Source of the DNA: Gnetum montanum
Lineage: Eukaryota; Plantae; Gnetophyta
Direction: 5' to 3'
Assembly (NCBI GenBank): GCA_015680685.1
Contig: MNCI01002555.1
Location: 691,419-755,418, forward strand
Length of the DNA: 64,000 nucleotides
A program made the position numbers and the translations under genes. Every line of letters starts with the position of its first letter. Within the stretch, counting starts at the first letter, position 1. The notes under the pieces were generated by a model that saw only the letters and a list, made by a program, of their open reading frames with translations, searched no databases and had not been told where the DNA came from. Of this stretch, positions 12,510 to 23,475 are shown piece after piece.

Positions 12510-15500
12510 CTAGCCATCTCCTTTGTCCCCACTATCACCTGTATCCCTAAGCTCAATCTCCACTCCGAGTAAATTGTCCTCATAGGGGCCACCTTTTTTA
12601 GGTGTCATTTCTTTGTGAAAATGTCCCTCACTACTAGGCTCTTCTATATGAGGTTGTTTTCCATGGTGTTTATTATCATCATTACACTCCATCCCCTGCA
12701 AACCCTCCTCATGAGGACCACCATCCACGTTGGGTTCATCTCACTGAGGAACCTCCTCAGGTCGTTCCTGCAATTAGACATAATACGCATATTGATATCG
12801 CGATCAAAACTAGGTATGATAAAAGGCATAATAAAACAAATTAGCTATGATGGTCCTACATCGGTAGCAAATGGGATTTGTTCTAAGCCAATCCACAGAC
12901 GTTGCATAATTTCATCCTCGGTAAGCTCAGACCAAACCCTGTCTCCTAGATTAGCTCCAGCCTTGACTTTTCCTTTCTCCACAAGAGTCCATCAGGGTGG
13001 TTCGGGGAAGAAGGAAGGGATGGTTGTCTCCCCTCCAAGAAGATCTATTTCTCATTCCAGAGAGGCACTCACCATCACTTGCTCCTGGAACTTTTCAAAT
13101 GCACTGGAAGCACCAATAACGTTGAAGAATAGTTAAAGAGACTAAGCCTCGATGGTAGAGTCCCTGTACTATTAACGATAGGCAGCGCATTCCTGCTTGT
13201 AGACATATTTATGGTCTTTCTACGTCTACCCCCATTCTTGCACACTTGCGCAAAAGTCCTTCCAATCTTGATTTTTTTGAGCCAGGAGATCCATTTGCAT
13301 CCGCTACTCAACTAGTTCACGGCTGGTTTGGATACTATTTTAGATGACCATCCAATAACGGGTGTAATCCATAACAGTTGTCTGCCAATCCTCGTTGCCT
13401 GTCCCCTGAGCTTGCAGGAATTCATTCCGCAACCTCAAATCCCCCACTTCATCTCCTAGAGCCGTCCTCTCTTTCTCCAACCTTTACAATCTCTTCCAAA
13501 GATTTTCATTTACACTTTGACATTCCCACAAGGAGCGGGTCGAGTGTACCATACATTTACACATGTCTTCGTAAATGCTGCACGGCACGACGGATGCTTC
13601 CTATGAGGGTTCATCGGTGTCTAAATCAATAGGCTCTGATAGATCCCATATGAGTCGAGCTCCTAATAACATAAGATAGTGGTTAGGTGTAATTAGGTAC
13701 CATAGTATCACGATGGAGTAACTTTTGCATAATGATCATGGTGTACCCACTTCAGGATCGATTTGCTCCATGCAACTGATCATATCTTGGACGACCCCCT
13801 CCATAAATGTGAATTTATCAGGAAATTCACCCCAAGACTGAGTCGTCATTGTTGACAAGTGTACGTCCTGGTCACCTATTATGCAAAACAAGCTCCGTAT
13901 GAGAACATAATTGAAACATTACAATGACCAATATAACCTTTAGAAGCAATTTCCTAGAGTCGAATATGTCATAAAAGTTAGCCTTACAGAGTCACCAATT
14001 ATTTACCTCCTCTTGTCTGGGCCGAAAGGACATCAGCATCTTCCACTGCTGCTCCCTTCTCATGCATGAGAACCTGTGCACTGCTTGTCATGTTGACCAC
14101 AGCCTCTTCTTCCAAGGCCAAGGCCTCTTCCTCACACCGCAAAACCATAGCCCCTGTTTCAGGGATTAACCTTTCCATAACCTTCTCCTTCGCTATCACA
14201 TAATGTTCTCAGTTAATACAGAATTTTGGCTCTAGTTTAGTACATTACGACATAAGATTGTCTATACCCAGCATAACTGTAATCATTATCACATTCTTTT
14301 TCTTAACTGCTGGAGGATTAGTGCTCCGAAACTTGACTTGCATCCTCTGCCTCGCACCACTTGCTGGCTCGCCAGACTCCTCGGTCAAACAAGGCTTCAT
14401 CCGGGGCACCGACAAGTCCACTATCTCATTTGCCAAGTGCTTCTCCCTTGACACATCACTAGTATAGGAATGGAGCACCCCACCCACATTGTCTTGACCC
14501 TGCGTTTGAGGTGCTACCATGTTTTTAGTCATTACTGACAATGACTCCCCGATTCCTTCAGGAGGGTCCTGCGACCAGACAGTGTCAAAGATATGGGAAA
14601 TCCATGGTTTAGAAATCTAGTTGTGGTCCTGCTGCACCCAGACTCCATTCCTTTGGACCACCAGAAACTTGGCAAAGCACTGGAAGCAAGCTATGAAAAA
14701 AGGAAAAATGCATGTTGAAACAGGACTCAAGCTTCTTGCAAAGCTTGACCATTTCAATGCGCAGGCCTTTGGCAAAATAGTTGGCCCAATTGAATTACGT
14801 CCCCTCCTCCATGACCTCTCACATAATGCGAGCTTGCTCTATGGTGAGGAATCTCCCTTGGGAGAGTGTCTTGGGGAAGGCCCGGGCTCAAAAAAGAGGG
14901 TAAATAGTGTTGGCCACGTCCAACTCAATCCCTTTGGCAGGAATTCCTTTGGATTTCTTCCGAGCCCCTAGCCACTCCTCTATCTCTTCCTGGTACTTGG
15001 AGCTCCTCTTTGACTTTTCCTCTATAGGAAAGCCATCAGAGGGGACCTTGAAGATATCGGCAAACAGCTGAGCGTCGATGTCAAAATTTACACGTATGTT
15101 ACGCACACATATGTAGAGACGCTCAGCTTCTTTGTTAAAGGAGTTGAATAAGGTCAACATCTCACCCACAGTAGCATTAGAGGTTATGGCCAAGAATAGG
15201 TCCATTAGTCCAACCTCTCAAAGGTTATTGGTCAAAACAACTGGGGGGCTCTATGGCCGAGCCAACGTTGTGCCTCCTTTATGTCACTGTAGCAGAAAAA
15301 GATATTGCTTGCATCACGATCGGAAGCCATGATCGTAATTTTCCATGATTCCTTGATTGCACACATAAAACAATAGCTAAGACAAGATAGAAAAAAATAA
15401 AATAAGACAACTTCACACATCATCACTAGCTAATAACATTGACACCATTCATCATCACAACGAAGTTTACCAGGTTCGAATGGCAAAGGAAATGAAGGGA

Positions 15501-16935
15501 TTTTCCTTTGCATGTTGATGACAGTGAGGGGAGGATCCAAGGTCCATTCTTTATCCAACCATCTGATATTTTTACATCTAGCAAAGAAGTCAGCATAGTG
15601 GGTTGGGTATTCTGGAATTTCAAATGCTAGTTGTTCCATGATAGCGGCCCGCACGTTGCTAATAGCAGTAAACTCGCCTAACGCCCTTTTAGTCAATGAC
15701 AAGGTATCATTATCGTCCAAGAGACCGTTGTCATTGATGAAGAATCTACATTATAGAAAATGGGCAAATTCTTTACGCTCAACATAAATTTAAACAATAG
15801 TTAGCGCATTGACATACATCAAAACGATAAAAACTTAGATTCTTACCCGCCAACGTAATACACGGTACCAGGTGGGTTCTAGAAATAGGTTGTGAGGTAA
15901 CAAGCCACAAACAGAGTATTGTAGGAATGATAGCAATTGAATCTAGGAACCTCCCAGATCCAACTCAAATACCTCAAACCTTTGGCGCTTTGTTCACGGT
16001 CTTGCACCCGCGTAGTCTCAATCTTGTCGTCCATTAAAAACCCCAAGACGCCCTGTGTTGAACCAGCCAGTAGCATCTCCAAGATAGCCGCAGCTACATC
16101 ACCTGGTAGATGCAACTAGATGATTATGCTGTAGTTACAAAGCAGAAACTGCAAGAACCCTCATGTGCCCCTTCGGAACCACACCGCCTCCCCCTTTATA
16201 CGAGCATGAGGAGGAGGAACATTGGCTATGGGGACATGCATGCAGCAGAGAACCCCCATGATGTCCAAAATGATTAGGATGGGCTTTAACATAATACTAT
16301 ACAGCAAAAAAAAAATTACAATTAGGTAGAACATTTAGACATGAACCAGAACATTTATACATGCTAAATTAAGGTTTTCCTGATTCCCCGAAAACTATAG
16401 GTTCCACCAAAAACGCATAGCCAGAATTGCCCAAACCCTTGCAACAGCTCAAGGTTTGTCTTTGACAATGGCGATGAAAGCGAAACTGTGTATTTTTCCA
16501 ACATAACATGTAACCGTTATGGGAATAAAGGAAAAGAAAACAAAACCATGATTATACTATCCACCAGCTATAATACCTAGTCTCTTCAATTATACACGAC
16601 ATTCGCTCAGTCTTACTCAAGGTTACCTAAATCCTCATAACGATATGAGGTTCATCTCCAATAGTGAAGATGGAGGTAATATCGCAAATCACAACAACTC
16701 AACCCGTGTAAACAAACATCTACGATCAACGCAACATACACATTCATGGAAATAACACACAACCATGACACCAAAACAAATATAACAATAGTGTGAAAGG
16801 CTAGACGATGACTTATCGGTTCAGCAAAGTGACTTCTCGAGCCTCGACTCTTGCCTGTGAAGCCTGCTGCAATCTCTCTTGCACTTCATTGATCCTTGCC
16901 AGTTTAGCATTCTTCCCCTTGATCTTTGGTGTCAT
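12510..16935 (-). pseudogene. Antisense 8-exon gene of element A (FCP1/NIF-like, PMD/Transposase_32-like, coiled coil, acidic tail)
   Basis: Exons ~16817-16935, 15847-16296, ~15430-15745, ~14306-15357, ~14005-14193, ~13750-13875, ~12846-13663, 12510-12767. Homologous exon by exon to 45604-49936. Confidence 0.75.
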
Positions 16936-17513
16936 AGTTGCAATCGAATGAGTTTTCACAAAACCCTCTATTTATGCCTTGCTTCTGCTCCTGTTCTGCT
17001 ATAGCCAAAATCAAAATTTGTGATATCTGTAACCCATTTCAAGTATGAACCATTGGTTTATAAAAAAAATTCTTGAAACTGATTTCTCTTTCTGCCCAAT
17101 CGATGTGGAACTTTCCTGAAACGCCGGTGTTAGTATGACATGAAACGCGAAGATCAAGGCATTAATTTCGTAGATATCGTGTAGATTGTGGTCCAAAATG
17201 ATCCTAAACTAATACATTTATCATCTTGTAATCCGGCCTCATTAACTACAGTTTGTATAGAAATTCAAATTTCATGACACGCTAGACATGCCACGTTTCA
17301 CTTTTCATCTTATTTCATATGCCAGCATCTAGGAAGTCGAACTCGTTATTGTTTTATGAACCAAGCATATTTGTAACGGTACACTAAGATCTTAAACTAG
17401 AAGCCTCTTTAATATATAACCCTGATGCAACAAAAATAGAAACAAACTCTTGTCGTTTACAGATTGGCAGAAAAACAATGTAACAACCTCCTTTTTTATT
17501 GGCATTTTTGCAG

Positions 17514-18678
17514 GATGATTCACAAAAGGATGCAGCGCGCAAGCGTGCCAAGCAATACATCATCATTGGAGACAGTACTCTCTGTAGATGCTCCTTTGAT
17601 GGGGTATTTCTCACCTGCATCAATAATGACCAAGCATGATGGATAGTTAGCAAGGTCCACGAGGGGCTGTGTGGGGGACACGTGGCCCCATGAGCCATGG
17701 CCGCTAAAATCAGACACCTAGGGTACTATTGGTCGTACATGGAAAGAGATTGCCTTATCAAGGTTAAGACATGTGATATGTGTCAACGTTACGTAAACCT
17801 AATACACGTGTTACCAACTGAGTTACACATTACTCATATTACTTGGCCATTCCAACGATGGGGACTGGATATCATAGGTCTCATCACACCTAAATCTTCC
17901 GTAGGACATAGCTTCATTATCACCGCCACCGAGTATTTTACAAAGTGGGTTGAAGCTATCCCCCTATGAAAGATTACATCTCAGTAGGTTTGCCATTTCA
18001 TCCTAGACAATATTGTAACCAAATTTGGGCTCCCTATGACTATTGTGACTGACAACAGGCCATAATTTAGTAGCACAGAAACCAAATCTTTTTGCGATAA
18101 CCTTGGTATCAAGCAATATTTTTCTTCACCTTATTACCCGCAAGCAAATAGTCAAGAAGAAGAAAAAAACAAGGTAATTATCAATCTACTTAAGAAGATG
18201 GCATGAAAAAATCCTCTACGTGCTATGGGCGTATCGTACAATGTGCAGAACAGCCACAGACAAGATGCCCTACAACCTAGTCTACAGATCTGAAGTAGTG
18301 TTGCCCTTGGAATTATAGGTTCCCTCATTACGGATGGTCCTATCTATGATTATAAATGAGACTCAACACAATGAGTCTAAAATCATGGATTTAGACTCAG
18401 TGGAGGAGAAACACATCCAGACGCTCGACATCATTGAAAGATATCAAGATAAATAGAGACAGAAGCATCAGCACAACCTGCATCAATGACCAATCAAGAA
18501 AGGAGATTTAGTTCTCAAGGCCGTTCGTGAACCAGTAGGCAAGTTCTCTGCAAACTAGCAAGGCCTTTTCCTAGTCATCAACATATATGGCAACAGAGCA
18601 TTCAAGTTAGTGGATATCGATGACAACAAGTTATCAAATCCAGTAAATCATCTGTATTTGAAGTAGTACTACATCTAA
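17514..18678 (+). pseudogene. Integrase of element A, directly after the pol splice acceptor
   Basis: HHCC region (VHEGLCGGH...CDMCQ), WPFQRWGLDIIG, TEYFTKWVEAIP, IVTDN, and C-terminal GPF motif. Confidence 0.9.
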
Positions 18679-18707
18679 AGATCAACTTGGTTCAAACGCA
18701 AGGTAAC

Positions 18708-19105
18708 AAACGTCCACTACGACGTAATACTGGCAAAGTTGTAAACGTCCGCTATGACGTAAAACTGGCAAAGTTGTACACGTCCGCTATGACGTAAAAC
18801 TAGCACTTCTTGCACACATCAGCCAAGACGCTAAACTGGCAAAGTTTTCGATTGTCCGCCATGATGTGAAATTGGCAAGGTAAGCATACATCTACTGAGA
18901 TGCTAAACTAGCATAGACTTGTCCCTGGGTCACGACATAAAACTAACACCCACAGCACGGTCTGCTGGGACCATAAACCAGCTCTTCGATCATCCGTGAC
19001 GACGTAAAACTAGTAGGTTCCTATTTGCCCAGATGTTAAACTAGGACCATGGCCTGCTAAGGCTTAAAACCAGCAACAACAGTCAACTAGGACTCAAAAC
19101 TGGAA
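18708..19105. repeat. 3'-UTR ~35-bp degenerate tandem repeats (GACGTAAAACTGGC core)
   Basis: About 12 units. Homologs at 41130-41490 (B) and 34110-34490 (D). Confidence 0.8.
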
Positions 19106-19109
19106 TCCA

Positions 19110-19790
19110 TCGAGCATTCCATGAAGCAAGCGAGCATGATCATTCTTGCACAGCATCCCTACCAGATGGAACGGGTAAGGCTTTGGAATAGACGCAATAC
19201 CGTTACCCCACCGGCATCCTGCTAATTCCTCGGACATGCCGAAAGGCATACTACTTACTCCTCGGAGATGTTGCTACGACGATCGCTCTATAGGTGCACC
19301 TCCTGGGACTAACTTCACTACTTGGGGCCCCAAAGAAACTATGGTCATCCATAGTCTCAGTGGCCTCCATCCATCATCTTCACCAAACTCGGGCTTAGCA
19401 GATTCATCTGACTTGTTCTTTGCCCAATCATTTGAACAACATGAATCTGGATATCAACAGCGGTTGCACAAATCACGACACCAACATTGGGATCCTTGCT
19501 CCCTATTATGGTCCCTGTTTCATGGCTTGTGCTCTCTTTTTCGCTTTGGATAGCGCTTGATTCAATAGCCTCCCTCAGCGATTAGGACGACTGCTTCTAC
19601 GCTCTGCTCTCTGTTATGTTTTGCAGGTTACTTGCTACGACAGCGTTGATTGAAAATGCATTCATTAGAAGGTGAGGTGTCACGGCATCTTGAAGTGGTT
19701 ACTCAGACTAGCCTGGCCACTTAGGAGTGAAAATCCTACCTATCCCCTTATCAGACACATTACTTCGCTTTCTCTTCCCTTTGTCCTCAT
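19110..19790 (+). pseudogene. Extra sense-strand ORF downstream of pol (env-like position), unknown function
   Basis: MPKGILLTP...; homologous to the 163-aa ORF at 40510-41001 and to 33329-33920. Confidence 0.45.
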
Positions 19791-20283
19791 GACCGCCTTT
19801 ACCCCCTACTTTGCTTGTACAGAGCGTGAACATTCAAACAAACTCTTTTGCATTTTTGTATCCATGAACTAGCGTAACGCAACTTGCCTAGTGGAATGTA
19901 GTTTCAAAAAAAAGGGGGGGGCAAAGTTTGGAAAAATAGATGTAAAACAACTCATCCAGGCCATGCGGACATAACACAACTCGTCCACGGAATCCCTCTA
20001 TATATAGTATGACGACGTAACCTCTCATAAATACATTCACGGAAGAACACTATGACTTGTTTGAAAAAGTCTCATGTTCATGTTCTTGAGTCTTCCTCAA
20101 ACTTTTCTTCCCTCACGTCTGTAAAATCCCCCCTATACTTTCCTCCCCACATTACCTTTGCACTTCTAGGTTTTGACAGAGCGACATTTGAGCAATCTCC
20201 AATGGACGCCGTTGGTGCCTTTACCTCTCTAGTGTTTCGTATTCTTTGTCAATATATTTTAGACACACCCTCTAAACATCAAC

Positions 20284-20296
20284 AAAGAGGGGCCAT
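20284..20296 (+). promoter_or_regulatory. Polypurine tract of A (AAAGAGGGGCCAT)
   Basis: Immediately 5' of the TG of the 3' LTR. Confidence 0.8.
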
Positions 20297-21700
20297 TGAA
20301 ACACCATAAAAATTTTCGAGGCCTCAATGGTTCGGTGAAATCTAGCAACTCAAGCGAGGAGTCGCGACAAGGCGCAACAAATGAACTTCAGGAGACAGAA
20401 CAAAATGATGGGTGCACGGCGGCAAGCCTTCCACTTTGCGAGTTTTTTATGTCTCAAAATCTCAACATTTAGCATATTACGCTGCATTACACAACATAGC
20501 GCAACACTGCGTTATGTAGCGTAATATCAAAGATAGTCAACCACGGCATCAAAGATGGCAAACATTCAAGACTCCAACAACCTAGCTCAAGGCTTAAGCA
20601 ACGATCTGCAGCATGCTGCACATTTTAGTGGGTTTTCTTTCCTATTTAAGGGGCCCATTATGCTGTGTTACACAGTGTAGTGTAATAAAACCCCAAAAGG
20701 GATTGATTAGAAATAGAGGAAGTGCAGCAAAAATATTTCAATTTTTTGCAGTTTCGTTATTTTACGCTGAATCACGCTATGATGCATAATGTAGTGTAAT
20801 GCAATGTAATACAAGTAACGGTAGCACAATTCAGCCATCAGTAATTCATACGCCACAATACGCTCTCTAGCGTATTGCAGCGTAATCAAAAGATAGTTTG
20901 TTGCCAGAGTCCAAACAATAGTGGTTCGCGACGCACTACACAGCATGGTGCCGTAAGCTTAAACGACAACACGTCAAGTCAATGGAATCTTATAAGTTTA
21001 GGACACGCATCATCTAAACTGCATTTTTCTACTAACGCTAACCTTATAAATGCCCTAGTTGATGAAGATCAAAGGGTTGGCAAAAATTTCTCTTTCAAGG
21101 TTGGCAAGAGAGCAAAAAAGAGGACCAACGATCATGAGAACATCGGAGGCGATTGGCAAGAACTCTTGATCAGAAACAATCGGCTACCAGATATTCTTCC
21201 CTCAAGTCTGACCGTCTTGCACCCAGATTGGCTAGAACAAGGTAGATTGACCCTCACTTGTTTCGTCTTTAGATAACTTTCTTGCTGTTGACATGTGCTT
21301 CATCCAAACTGAAGCCTGCTTATAATCATTGTATCCAAGATGTTGTATTCATAAATTAAATCCCAAATCTTGTGGTCGCACTCTCGCACTCTCTATAAAT
21401 CTGATTCCTTGTGTCCTATTTATATAGATTTGGCAATTGCATCTGAATTGTTTACATCATTTTCAATTGTTTTCGGGATTAACAATATTGCATCTCCTCT
21501 TAAAGACTTATCATTTTTCCATTAAAATATTGCAAAAAATTTTACTAATTAAGTAAGTCCTTGTCTGATTGACAAGACCGTTCAGGGCACCTTGGATTCA
21601 TTTCTTTCTCCATCACCACCCTCGCACAGATCTGGGGTTAGAACTGTGTACATGGACCTTCGTTTGGTATTTCCAGCAACCAATGTTTTCCGTCGTCACA
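20297..21700 (+). repeat. 3' LTR of element A
   Basis: TG...CA termini; matches 5346-6748. Confidence 0.92.
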
Positions 21701-23249
21701 AGTACAAATAAATAAACAAACATTTTGGTAACCGAAGGCCGAGGGGGCAAGTATGGATCATACGAAAATCAAGTTTTGGATGGGGCGTGTGAGGAAAACA
21801 TTTCATTTTCATGGATTCGTCTACCTTTGGAAGCATCAAAGGTTCTGCCACAACTCGCACATTCACGCGTGTTTATTGTTCATTGCTAGTTTTTGCTCTT
21901 TTTCTCATATCTCTACTGAAAAAAGAAAAAACAATACAGGGTCATTATCATGGGTTATGAGTCATGAACATGATGATGGATGGATGCTTGTTCAACTATT
22001 TTAAAATTTGTTTGCTTATAAAGCAACGAATCCCACTAGCACATGGCCAATGGCCATATGCAAGCTCATGATGCTCCGTTTTTACTTTCCCCTTCATCAT
22101 GACTAGTGCCGATTTTTCAGCATCTGAAAAGTTTTCGATCATTGTAGGTGAGGTGAGTTTGGGGACCAAGCCCCTCCCCAACGCATTTTGTAAAATATTT
22201 GTAGGTGCTCCTAGTATTAATTTTTTTAGATACGAATGGTAAACTAGCTATTACAGAGGACCTGGTAAATTTAGGAGCCTAATGTCTTTGGTTAATCAAA
22301 TTAATATAGACCTTCGCTAACCAGGTCTCCAGTGCTTACGAGGGTGTGTGAAAGCTAAGTATAAATTTCTTCTAAGTGTCCAACATGTCAAGTTGGCAAC
22401 GTATGAATACTGAAAATTTGTCTAAGTGTCCAGCGTGTTAAGTATGCACTTAAGTGTTAGTGTAAACTGTTATCTATGAATAATTTACATGTTTATATGC
22501 ATTCAAGTATATCTCATCCACTGGGGAATTATTTTGTGTTTGAAATATGGGTTGGTATCAGTTTTAAGTCATAATTCCAGGACTAAGTGTGGTGTCAGTT
22601 TACCGTCATGACGCCAGGACATAAGTGTTATTTATGTTTTAAGTGGTGGGTTGGGTATGATGTCAGTTTATCATCTTAACTCCAAGACGTCTCCTTCATC
22701 TATAAGTATTTTGGTCTTGTAACTCTATGAATGTTTTTGTCGTTTTCCATTTAATTCTTTTATTGTTTTCCATTTAATTCTTTTTTATATATTTGCTAAT
22801 TAGTTGTTTTCTATTTTGTGCTTTCTATTTTTTGAAGGGACATGATGATGATGATGGTGGCCCCAGTGGAACAGGACTTGATGATGTGGATGAGTTTGGG
22901 GATCAAGACCCTCTTAGTTATGTTTTTTTTTTTTGTGTTGAAATTTTGTGGATTGTATGAAAGAAAATGTATGATGTTAACATTTGATATTATCCATTAA
23001 TACATTTATGCATTTTTTTTTATGTTATTCAAGTTTTTTTTTCTTTTAAGATTTTTCCAAACTTTTGATAAACACAAGTGTAAACACAAAAGATTTATTT
23101 TTCGTTTTGTTGTTTTAATGGTTTGTAAATGTGAAAGTAACTGAAATGATAATAGTGTAGAAGAAATGTAAGTGGAATAGTAATTTGTAAAGCAAGGATG
23201 CAACTATGCATGCAGACAAAGAATGTAATTTTAAAGAAATAGAAGTCTA

Positions 23250-23470
23250 ACTTGTTCTAGTTTAAGGCCATTTCGGGCCATGCATATCAATTTAAAGTCA
23301 TGAAGGGATTTAGCAATGACGTTCTAGTTTAGGGCCATTTTGGGCTACAAGAAAAAAAGAGGGATTTAAACTATTTCAATGGGTTTTAAAATGAACCGGC
23401 CATTCCTGGCTATGGCTAGTTTTATGTCATTGTGGACGTGTAGTAGTTTAATGTCATTTTGGATGTGTAG
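23250..23470. repeat. Degenerate GTTTAAGGCCATT-type repeats at the PR-proximal end of the intron of C
   Basis: Same core as the repeats at 11920-12380 and 50065-50620. Confidence 0.6.
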
Positions 23471-23475
23471 TAATT

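Larger units (their letters stand above)
5346..21700 (+). mobile_element. Full-length, non-autonomous Tat-clade LTR retrotransposon A (gag-PR, intron with antisense gene, INT; RT/RH/aRH missing)
   Basis: Two ~1.4 kb LTRs, PBS, PPT, and 5-bp TSD ATTAC (5341-5345) / AGTAC (21701-21705). Confidence 0.92.
3170..22920 (+). pseudogene. Multi-exon antisense gene of element C, unknown product, split by insertion of element A
   Basis: Exon 1 MGRGKQDEGKEKKE... ends at a GTACG donor (~3301). One exon spans ~5280-5345 plus 21706-21841 across the A TSD. Further exons at ~21940-22152 (GTGAGT donor), ~22205-22343, and an acidic last exon ~22838-22920 (GHDDDDGGPSGTGLDDVDEF). Confidence 0.5.

Noticed and set aside
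18708-19105. CRISPR-like repeat-spacer appearance
   Set aside because: Eukaryotic retroelement 3' UTR; the cores are short and degenerate, the spacers are related to each other, and there are no cas genes.
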